Assembly (NCBI GenBank): GCA_964187785.1
Contig: OZ076409.1
Coordinates: 42,906,001-42,970,000, forward strand
DNA from: Amphiscolops sp. MND2022
Taxonomy: Eukaryota
Reading direction: 5' to 3'
DNA length: 64,000 nt
Below are positions 24,901-36,900 of this stretch, piece by piece (positions within the stretch are counted from its first letter, which is position 1; each line of letters begins with the position of its first letter). A program made the position numbers and the translations under genes. The notes below the pieces were generated by a model, which searched no databases, had not been told where the DNA came from, and saw only the letters and a list, made by a program, of their open reading frames with translations.

Positions 24901-27900
24901 CAGTCACAAAGAAAAAATCAGTTGAAAAGCCCTCAAGTTGGTAATAAAACAGACGTAATTAAACTAAATTTTTTCATTCTTGGAGCTTCGACAAGCTTAA
25001 TTACTACATTATTATTTCAATTTTAGCCGTGTTTTCGACTCAATAATTCAAGTAAAAACGGAGGAAATATGAAAAATGTGGAAAATGTTAAAAATTTTCA
25101 AGACGTTCAGTTAGATTAACCTGCTTCGTTGGGCTCGAAGAACATGTTGGCCAGCTTGATTACTGATCTCTGATTGGACACCGAAGAAGGCACCTGAACA
25201 AACTGATCACCTGCCAGCAGAAGACCTCCAGTGGGTGGGCCAGTATTGGCAGTCATCATTGCGTGGTGCTGAACCAATCCTGCAACAAAATTTCAACATA
25301 CTCTTATCACGTTGTTAACCGGAACTCAAATCTTCGACTACTCCTTGCATGAAATCTCCTTCAAATCGTTACGGAGAGAAAAAAGTTTATGCATGAAATG
25401 TTTTTTACACAGTCTTTTCAAGAATTCAAATGATCGATATTTGTTTGTTTCAATACTAGAAAATATTTTGTTATTCCAATCTTTATGCCCAATGTATAAA
25501 ACTCCATAAAGAAGGACCAATGCAGTCAATAGCTTTCAGTTTCCAAACTTTTCTTTCGCTGTTTGCTGAAAGCAACAGATAATTGGGGAGAAATTTCAAA
25601 AGAAAAGTTAATTAGCTTTGAAAGGAAGACAATATTATTTTATTGAATTGAATAAATCAAACCAACAATCCAATCAGGACAAGAAAAGAGTCCCCAAGAA
25701 CCAATTCGGGCTCAATAAACTTTCAGGCAACTAAATGTTTCTTATTGTGATCGTTTTCACTTGAAACTAAAAAGGTCAAAATTATGGTATAATTTCAAGC
25801 TATAAAATTGCTATTTAATATTTTAAATATAAAATTACAGTTGAAGGGTTTTCATAGCACAGATTTTACGTGAATGGATATGATGACAAAAGGCTAATGT
25901 ATGAAATGTTTCTTATGCAATATTTTCAAGAAAAGCAAGACGATCAAGGATAAAATCTTTGATTTCATTTCATAGTTGTAAAATTTTTACAGTTGCTCTC
26001 GATTTCACCATTTACATGAAGCAAAGTCGCAATTCATTATGAAAAGACCCGACAAACAAGAAAACCAGTTCTCGATTTGTGAGCATCCTAACTGAATAAA
26101 GTAGCAGAAAAAATAAGCATCCCCTAATTCGAACATTTTTTGTTCTAGTGCCGCAATTCAAATAGCACTATCACAATTTATCAGTCGTAAGTCTGCCTCT
26201 CAAATTATCTAATACTAATGCATGCAACCTTTGATGTGCTCGTAAAATACGTACGAATTGGTTATTGCGCATTTTTGATAACAACCAGACATCAATAGTT
26301 CTGAAATAGAAAGTATAGACAAGTCGTTGAGGAATTGTCACTGTGTTCCGGGGGTAATCAGAAAAAAACGTGGCAAGAAAAAACATAGTAAGAAAAAACG
26401 TAACAAGTAAAAACGTTTATTATGCATTAGAGAAAAAACATGGCAAGAAGTAACGTAAACGAAAAAAACGTAGCCAGACTCAATAATTCAGGATATTTAC
26501 ATTGAACTTCGATCTTAATTGCACATAATTAAAACTTGCACATTGTGCAAATTGCACAGATTAAATTGCAAAAGTATGAATCCGAATGCCACCAGACTCA
26601 AATTAGCAAGTGAGTCACTCAATATAGTGGGTGTCAATAGTACTACTATGTATTGGCTCTCTTGGCTGAGGGTTCACTGTCTATCCGTCTCGGAAACTTG
26701 AAGAATGAATAGAAAACCTGAGTGACTTTTTAATTAGAGTCGCACAGGCCAGTATATTGATTCAGACAGTGGATGAAAAGGTGGACTTTGTTCATGGTTG
26801 CTGAACTCCCTTATGATAGCGATTACGCGCACCGTGCTTGACTGGCTAGCACCTTCATACAGGAGGGGCAAAGGAAACCAACCTCGGTTGAAAGTACTTC
26901 CCAAGTGGAGTAGGATGTCAGTCTGTACTCGGGCGGTGATATGACGGAGGGGAAGGATACACCAAAACCTCACCCAAGGATACGGAGATGCCTTCACGAA
27001 TGGAGCCACCAAGTAAGCATTATATGAGTAAATCTCGGACTCCTGGCAGAGCCGTTAGTGTAGTGTGAGAGTTACTGTTAAATGTCAACTGTAGTCTGTG
27101 ATGGGCGAAGGTTGCTCAGTAAACGACACCCACAACCAAATCTCCCCCAATCTTGATAACTAGCAGGGACTCTCCAAAAACCTGGCTACACTTAAAGTCC
27201 TAAAATGAGAATCGGGGTATGATACCATCTCAGCCTTCTCGGAGGTGGCAACACTCTGTTAAAATCACTCTCGAGTCGATTTTAATGCATTCCCAAAGCA
27301 GTTGTGTCTTGCCTAATTGGTACTTGTACTTCTTATGGTAACAGACGCTGTAACTCGCATGCTGCATTTCGGATCTACTTTCACATTCTGTCTGCTCGGA
27401 TTAGAGGTCATTGTTAATTCGATGGTCCTGGACATGCGTAGCGGACTCTATGTGGCTGTAGTGATGTTCAATACTCGTTAGTACGGTCCTGATTCAGCTG
27501 AGCGCAGGACGCGATACCGACTTGAATTGAGGCATAAGTGGGTTGGTATTAACTATCTGAAGTGACCTCGGTCATGAAAGACTGTCTCTATCCTCACCTG
27601 GACCCAATGTAGTAGCTCATTGGCATATAGAAACCAACTGGGTAAGGGAGTATCTTAGGTAGAAATAGGACAGTATTGGAAACCCTTCAAACTAAGCTAC
27701 TGGACTTCTGCCTACAGATCCGCCCTACATTTAGCCCAACCGAGTAGTTCTCTCAGGGACCGTTGGTTGTTATTACCGAAAACGCACAAACCTCATTGAA
27801 AAGATAATGGCGGCCTTAATAGGTGTAACAACCTTCATGAACTGACTTAACAAAAGGCGGTTAAGTTGTATGGTTGCTACCATTAGGATAAGCGAGTATG

Positions 27901-30900
27901 CGCATCTCATATTGTCACGATTATGAGCCTAGTGTGGGGGGGCTCCAGTGTATGTTGAGAACAGTAGGCAGCATATTTAGCCTAATTGTTCGAGGATGCA
28001 AATTTGCACAACGCATCTCGGTGTCGCGTGAACACCGATTCAGCAGGAGCTCTACCCTTACCAGAGATATCGCTGGTAGTAGCTAGATAAGCGTCAATGA
28101 TGAATGGGTGGACTCAGCACTTCGTGCTCGAGGATGAAACTCAGTAAAGGCCCATGGCTAAACATCTCCTAACGGAGAACTGAGACACTATGTATTAATG
28201 TATTAAAATATTTATGCTACGTTTTTTCCGCTTGCGTTATTTCTTGCTACGTTTTTTTCGTTCGCTAGTAGTACAATTTCCCAGAATTGAAAAACAGAAA
28301 CAAGGCTTCATTGAGAGTTTTTTATTTCAAACTACGCCTTTCGGGGGCCAGAATCTTGTTTTAGAGAGAAAATGATCTTTCCACGGCAGCTGAGCTTTTG
28401 GGTAAGAAGGCGTTTTTTGTTGCCATTTTGAATGAAGATGGTAACACCTGTAAATTACTTCTCCAGAAGTCAGAAACTGCTTCGCATTCGTTTTCCAAAC
28501 TATTCAAATCCACGCCAGAAAAAGTGCCAATCATACTTTGGAACTCTCTTGTCGTCTGTTTGTACAAACGCTTCTCGTCATTTGATATTTCGGTCATTTC
28601 TTCCAAGGTCAAGAACTCGAAACTATCATTAAATGAAAATGCTTTGATCGATTAGAAATAGTCAACTTCTTTGAAAAAAGTTAGTGACGGATACTTTCCT
28701 TTCTCAGGCAAAAAATATTTGGCATTTTTTTCTTCAGCAGCTTCACAAAGTTCTTTAACCAGCTTCATCACCTCTGACTTTTCTGCTGAGGAAAAAGTTT
28801 CGCTCATCTCCAAACAAATTTCTTCCACAGCTTCAGCCACTAATTGATAGTGACACAATAAATCATCTTTCAAAAGTTCTATGAACGAATTGGTTATGAA
28901 CGCAAGGCCAAAGTGACACTCGAACAAAACTAAAGCTGATAGAATTGCTCCAGCACTTCCGACTAAAAACCTGCATTAAAAAACGAACTTCCAGTTAGTT
29001 CAAAGGAATTTTTTCAGTGACAGTAATGAATCATTCTGATAATCACTCGTTTCATAGTCAAGATAAGCTATTTCGTATGGCAAACACTCTGAGTGATATT
29101 CAATTGCGCGGTAATGTGTTGTCCAACGGGTCACATTAGGTGTTGGTGCCAATATCTGCGATATCCCGATTGATTCCAAAAAACCTAAGTACCGTCGTTG
29201 TCGACTTCCGGAGTTTTGAAAGTAGCCGCTGAAAACTCTAATCCAGATGTTGGTTATCAAGAAATTTTTAGTACGGCTTCTCAACACCAAATTCAGAATA
29301 TGGGACAAACAAGCAAGGTGAAACGAATTGGGTAAAACTTGTTTGAGAACTGTACAGCTTCGGCTCAAACTCAACTGAGGCAAGCATGGGTGAAAAAGAG
29401 TATCCGGTAGAAATCACTGTGAAGAGAATGCAGCACACGTAACGACCTTCTTCATCGAAAGTTTCATCAAAAGAAACAGCTAGATTTTTCCCTGAAACCA
29501 TTTTCCTCAATTTCTCTTTATCTGCTCTATAGGTATCTTCCAAATATGTGTATAACCCAGTTGGTCCAGGAAGAGCGCCGCCTCCACGTACGAAAATTGG
29601 TACAAAATTTTTTGTTTCCTGATTCCCAGCGACATTGAATGGAATTTTTCGGGCAACTAGGAACCTAACAAAACTTTGTTTTGTCTTTATATTTGTTAGT
29701 TTCGCCTCAGTTGAAACACGAAAGCTCGTTTCAATGGTTTGTTGTTTTTCGTTGTTTTCTTTTTCCTGCTGAATTTCCTCCGAATGTTGTTTTGGATTTT
29801 TTTTGGGTTTCTCCAGTGAATTCTGACTTGAGTGGTCAACTGCTTTCTCAAACATCTGTCTCGCAATAAGGCTAACAGTTTTTAATCTCAAGCTTCAAGA
29901 TTTCGTTTGTCTCAATAGGGGAATACTTTTGGAGAGGGTAATGAACGGGGAATTCCCACACAACAGAAGTCGCATACAGCAGAAAATGAAAATTCGGTTC
30001 CATACAGCAGAATATTTGTTTATGCTGCAATCTGATTGGCTCAAAATTTGAAATCGAATTGAATTCACTATGTTGAAAACGCGTGTCGGATTTCGTCGGA
30101 ATTATTATTATAACGTAGTCAGGTATGCTCACATACCTCTAGTGCCCTAAAGGCAGGAGCGAAGCGAAGCGGAGCGACGTGCCATATGGCCATGCCTCAA
30201 TGTTGCTACATGGCGAAGGGAGCGAAGCGACCGAGCCATACAACAAAAATGCTAACCTCTTAAAGAAATCAAGTTCCATACATATTAGCCGTAACAGCAC
30301 TAAAAGTTAGTAATTTGAATTCTTCTGTATGGGACCAAATTTTCATTTTCTGCTGCATGAATAGGCCCCGTAAAAAACAACACAGTTTTCTCGCTGTTAG
30401 TTGATTTTCGATACTATCACTTTGCTTGCCTTATTGAATACCTTGCAGAATAAAACTGGACCACTGGCGTAAAAAATATAAAGAGTTGTCCGACACTTGT
30501 AAACGCTGATTTGGTGTACAATTCGATGAATGCTGTCCTATTCTGCGTGCTTCAGCCTTCCGAATGAGAAGTCATATGACTGGATATAAATTCCGACGTA
30601 AGTAAATTATCGTTATGTAAGTGAAAAGTGAAAGAAAGTATTATGACTAATGTAAATTCGTAAGCAGAACGTCTAGAATGAAATTACGTCAGGCTGATTA
30701 CGTCGTCAGCCAATGAAATTTTGCGGCGAATTTCGCGCTGATTATTTGTCACGTTTCTCGCGGAAATCCGCTTGAATTCGCGCCGCGATTTTATGAAGGC
30801 CCTGGCATGTAGTGAACTTGTATGTGGTGAACTTATGTGGTAGCTAACTTAAATGTGGCTGTTTTACGGGCTAACTTATATGTGGCGAACATAAAAGTGG

Positions 30901-33900
30901 CGAACTTACAAGGGCACCGCTGAGAGGCATTTGGTAAACTGTCGGGAACAACTGTAAATAACAATTACAATTACTAAATGTAATGAAATCAGAAACACTT
31001 TTTGTTCTTTGACTTGGGTTTTCAATTTTTGAAAAAGCGACAAGCAAAAAACATCGAAACAAAGAGAATAATGTATCTAGTTAATTGTCAACTGCGCATT
31101 ACCTGGGTTACAAAACAATCAAGCTTTTCGATACAAGACAAACTGCAGAAGTCAGAAGACCTAAAACATTTAGAAGACTGACGTCACACTGATTAGGAGG
31201 AACTTCAAAAATTTTTCACAGAAAAATGAGTGGCGAAAGACGTAAAAAGTGACGTTCAACTGAAAACAGGGGTTTAATTAGGACCTCAGAAACACCTATC
31301 GATCCTGATTGACTCAGGTTGCGGTCGACGAAATTGAGCCAAAATCAAGATGCTAATAAATACCGGACTTAAAAGCAAATAATATAGAAGAAACCTGCTT
31401 TTGGAAGTCCGGCTTTCGTAACCTTGAAGAATGACACGCGAAAAAAAGGTTCTTTGGATTCACGAAAATTGAACAAGGTAGCGATTAGAAGGAAACCTTA
31501 AAGGCTCAACAAGGAGCATCTAGTCTGGAGAATCTCCAGCACGATTGCAGATGACCCCTCAGATGAAATTTGGATCTCCGAAATGAGCCTTGACAGCAGG
31601 CATGGCCAATTGGCGTTAGTAACCAGAGCTAACTCATTGTCCGTCTACTTTAAACTTTAAACACCCGGAATGTTCCATCAACTATGAGACTGTTGTCCGT
31701 TTACAGAACTAACTGAGGCTTGGAGTTGAGCCAGGACCTGCCCATTTATGGCATCATTTATGGCCCTCTGTATCTGCAAACTAAGACTGTTCATCAACCC
31801 ATTCATTTCCTGTGTTATTCTCTGGTTTATTTCCCCAGATAACCCGTTCAACTCGCTACCAGAATCTACTTCAGTGGTATTTCGGGCGTTTCCGGCAAAT
31901 ACTCTGATTTCATTCTCCCTCGAGTTTGAATTGTGGTCAATTAAAGCATCATAAGTGGGGCTTTCAGGCCTCCAAACTGAGTTTCCAAACTCACTGTCCT
32001 CTATTGAGGCCACAGCTGCTTTCAAAATTAGAATGGAAAGTTGATGAAACCTGCAAACCTTCGTGTCTCGGAATTGCCGCCAATTTTGGGATGCATTTTA
32101 TAGGCAGCTTGATAAAATTAAATTGAATCAGTCTCCTTGACAGTTTTAAAAAATCATGGAAAATTAGCTTGATAACCTACAAAAACTTGTGAAAAGTTCG
32201 CGCAATTTCAACCAGGGCAAACGGCGAAATTTTCAGCATACTGTTACAGGACGCTTTTCGGGAAAAAAACTGACACTTTCTAACAGCTATGGTTTGACGA
32301 AACAAAGTAACGAAAGAAATTATTTAGCAATATCCTTCAGAACTGAAAAAGATGGTTCCAATGTAGCAAGAAAAAGAACTATTTCACTGACAAAAGTATC
32401 TTCTGTGTCATCTGAAATTCAGTAATTCAAATCGAAAAACAACTTCAAGTTTGATTGGATAAAAATCATCATCTTTTGTTCGCCAAAAGACAACAAATTC
32501 GTTATATCTCCGAATTCGTTTTTATCAAATGTTCCACATTATTAACTTCGGATCAAAAAACTTTCAGGTTTTGTTCGATTTGGAAAGATACAATTTCAAC
32601 TATCTTCATGGTGCAATTGCTTCTAGGCAGATTGTAGAAAGTAAACATCAGAAGTTTGGATATTGCACTTTGTTTTTGTACTTTTTCAGCGATAGCAGAA
32701 ATACATAAATCTGAACTATGCTTCTTTTTTCCACCACGACTTTTGTTAGCAATCCGAGTACCTTCTGAAAAATTCCAATATTCTGTTCGACAGTGAGTAT
32801 AAGCGTGAGATTTAAAATTCTCAAGCTGCTGACAACAATATGCTTCTATCATTGAACATGAAAACCTAAAAGCAGAAGTGTTACTGTGCCCAGCTAGGAT
32901 CTATTTTCAGAAGAGGGAATCAATAAAGTTCAATTTTAGAAAGAGGAAACGTTCGATATTGGTTAGTTTTGGTTCCCCATATTCTTCTTGGCAATGTAAA
33001 TGGTAATGTAGTCCCTGTATAACGTCAAATTTTATAATTTTTTCATAATTTTTATTTTATAAGTTTCATCAGTTAAGTACGGCGTTTTTTGGTTGTGCAT
33101 CCTGTTCTTTTAGAAAGAGCTATTCGTATGGTTGATTTTGTAAACATGTGATCTTGGAACCGAACCAAGCGGTCTATCGCTGTTAGTTCATTAGTTGTGT
33201 AGTTTCTGGCAGAAATTGATGCAAAAAAATAAAAGAGAATTTGGCGAAAAGTTTTTTTTTCTATTTTTAGTCGGCGCTTCTAGAATAAAAGAGCCCGACT
33301 ATTACATTCACTCGATTTTTCTTTAAGACAGACTCGAAGCGACGAAATTTTTGTTCAATTTGTTCAAATAAATGAATACCTGGGAAACGTATCTAAGTTG
33401 TCGCAAAGTTAAACGTAACCTTTTCAAACGTAACGTACAAAACCGGATGAGACTAAAGGGTTCCCCTTTCAATTTTTTTGGCGCTGTGAGATTTTTTTCG
33501 AATATTTTTCAATGTCTCCAAAGGCTCCCCTCCATTTTTCGATATTTTGCAACAAATTGGATGCGAAAAAGCCCAAAGGGTCCCCTCTTAAAAATTCTAA
33601 TTTTCTCTGAAATTAAGATTTTTTACTATCCATCCACCAATAATTTTTTCAACTCTATGCGAAGTTTGCGTTATATTCGAACTATATTGCGTTTTACTAA
33701 TCCGGAATAAATGAGGCGGAGGTTCAAAAACAAGGGAACCTATTCCTCCCAGCACGAAACCTCCTTTGGGTGTTTCAACACTTATGTGAATTAAAAAAGT
33801 CCTGAGCATATTTGAAAAACTTTGCGCTTTTTGAGCCTTAAGTGGGGCGCCGAGTTGAGACGTTTCCGTCTTGTTTTCAAAAAAAAACGTTCAATTTAGT

Positions 33901-36900
33901 CAAATTGTTATCTGCACTCTATTCGCCCCTAAAAGGTTCATCATCAGTTGGTTCTTTTGGTGATTATAAACCAAGGCCTTAAAAATATCGGCAACATCAG
34001 AAATTTAAATTTAGATGTGAAGCCATATTGTCAGCAAAATGACAAACCCTTGAATAGTGTTCTTAATGATGCCATATCATCTGAAAATGTTCCATGATTT
34101 CCAAGTATCTAGATTAATGCTAGTTAGCATAAAATCATTGACATGTAACCTGTTTCAAAACCCGAAATGCCCCATGTTGTTCCGTTTCTGAACATAGACT
34201 GATCCATCCCGGCAGCTAGAAGAGTAGCATCGTGTTGCGACAACTGGATATCAGTTCCAGGAAGGTTGCCCACCCCGGAAATGACCACTTCGTTGTCTTC
34301 AGGGTTGCTGCGTTTGGCTCTTTTCAAGGGCGGAGGTCCTCCGGTTGAATTTTTGTTTGCGACATTAGTGGAAGTGGTGGAGTTTGAAATTGGCAGGTCT
34401 GAATTCATGGGCTGGTCTCTGAAGTTGTAAAACGAGGCATCCAGGGCGGCCATGGAGGAAACACACGAAGAGATGGGTGCTGAAAAAATAAGATGCCACG
34501 TGGTGTACATAGAGGAAATCTTCCACGTTTTCTAGGTGCTCAAATATATTGTTGCTAGACGACTTGAGGTTTTATTGAGCATATGAATGAGCAAATTTTA
34601 ACTTTTTTCAAGCTTAACCCATGTTTCTCCTCTCAACCGCAGCCTTATTCTTTAAAAAATGTGTTTAGGTTCACTTGATAAGCTTTGTTGGCGCGAATTT
34701 AAAAAATTGAATTATTTCTTGATTGTTTTATAGAATGCAAAATTTATAAAAAAACCTCTCGGAATGTTCTCGGAATACCAAATATTTCTAGTATGTAAAT
34801 AAAGTAACAGAGAAAAAACGAGAAAAAAAATACAAGACTATCCTGCCCGGATTGGCAGTCAATCACAGCCTATCGTTGTCACCAATTCTTCCCTCGAAAT
34901 TGCATGAACTTTTTGCATGCACTTTTAAGTTCTTAGCAACTTTTTTGAATGAATTTCTAGAACTCTTACGGACGGAAACTTTCATGCGAAAATATTTCCC
35001 TGTTGTATTCGACTTTTATCAAGCTGCCTGAATGAAGCATCCTGAAATTGGCAGCAATTTTAAGACTTGATTTTTTGAAGGTTTCATTCAGAAACAGAGC
35101 TGTACTTTTTAACAAAGTGAAAAGTACTCTGAATTTGAATTGCAATAATGCAAACTGCAGTGTATCGGGGTCATGCTGAGTATAGATCAAAAAGCTACAA
35201 CTGAAGAAAAGAAACAAAAAGCGATCGAGAAACTTCTCTAGGTATTCCTTAAAATTGAAACCTTAAGGTTGCAGAAGCCAGATTTGAATTAAGATATCCA
35301 ATTACAAAAACTCAAAAAATCAGCGCACTACACACTGTAAAATTAAAATACGAAAAGACACGATTTACACCTTAAGTGAGTATTTACACCCTGACTAAAG
35401 TGCGCCCTGGTTAATGTTCAAAAGGCTCAAAACTATAACAAGATCCGAATTTATATCAGAATAATGTGTTTATACTAAATAGCTCGTTTTCAAGAAAATG
35501 TAGAAAATATTGGCACTGGCCTGGTTCGAACCCTCATCCATTTTCAGTGGTGGGTTTATTTAGTCAATTTGTTGTGGACTCAAAATATCAATGCGTTCAA
35601 CTCTGAGCTCAAAATTTTTTTCCAACTAAAAGCGCAGAAAAACCTGTTTGTTAAAAAGAATAGATATTGGAACAAAATTGCTCAGAAAAATTTCAAAGCG
35701 GACTCTTCGGAACTGAAAGTTTTCGAACTGAAAAAAGTTTTCAAAACTAAATTTTTTCGAAAAATCAAAAAGGGAGTGCTTTGTTGGCCAGAAAATTTTT
35801 TCGGCTTGTGCCGAAAAAGAACGAAGTGTGGGACGCTTTGGCATGATTCAGCTTTTACAATTCGAGTATCTTAGTAAAACAATCAAAGAGAGGATCCTTT
35901 GGACTATTTGGGTACTCTTTTGATCTTAGGGTACAACAAGAAGCATCTATAACACTCAGATTTTTAATTTCATATGAAGATCGACTAAAATTGACGGAAT
36001 CGAATCCAACACATAAGAGCCGAAACATCGACACGGTAAAAGATCAAAAAAGTTTACCAAATTGTTCTTTTAGATCATAAAAGTGCAAGAATTAATGCGA
36101 ATTAATGCGAAACTGGAGAATTATGTTAAAAAATACAACAGTGACCTTCGAAAGCAAAGTAGCTGCGGTTTAAAATGGGATCAATTTTCATGTCAAAGAT
36201 AACCCTCAAAACCAATAGTTCGTTGAAAACAATGAAAATACGCTTTTTATCAACATGCAAGAGACAAAGGATGACACGCAAAGTTTTTTCAGTCAAGACC
36301 TTATTTAGTCAAAAATCTGTTTTATTTTAGAATTTCTCGAAAATCTTCCACCTAACGTTTTTTAGCCATTGGTTCGTCTCGAGAATATCCAGTATTTCAC
36401 ATTTCTTTCAAATGGATTTTAAATATGGTTACTTCGGCGTCAAATCTCTATTCAACCAAACTTTTATCGCATTCATGTGAAATAATCGAAGTCTAGTTGT
36501 TTCTGATAACTGAATTATCCAAATTTTAGTTGCAATCAATCAGTTTTCGTTCCAAATGTTTTAAAACTTGACAATTTGTAACATTAATCAAATTAAAAAA
36601 GAAGCTAAGAAGATTGAGATTTTATGCAAGAATTTTTTCTTCAATTTCCCAAACATCCACTTTTCATTATACATGACAATGAAACGGAAATGATTTAGAT
36701 GAAAATGTCCAAATGTCTCAAATTTGGGGTTTTCCCAAGGAATAAGTTTAGTCACAGCTATCTCATCTTTGTAAATTCTTTTTCAAATTTGCATCTGAGC
36801 ATTTTGGTCCACAAAATCTTACCATTCTGAAATTTCTTCAAAAGATTTTGCGGTCACTGAACAAAAAATCAACAATATCTAAAATGAAATTTTCAGCTTT

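Noticed and set aside
27551..27596. Hammerhead-like CTGAAG-stem-GAAA-stem-TC
   Set aside because: Core deviates from CUGANGA, there are extra bases before GAAA, and the flanks cannot form stem I.
26590..28196. rRNA, group I/II intron or CRISPR array as identity of the structured segment
   Set aside because: No universal SSU/LSU motifs, domain V, or regularly spaced identical repeats seen on either strand.
31678..32025. 115-aa helical ORF as an NFI exon
   Set aside because: No convincing splice sites; adjoins a Gypsy RT relic and is more likely retroelement-derived.
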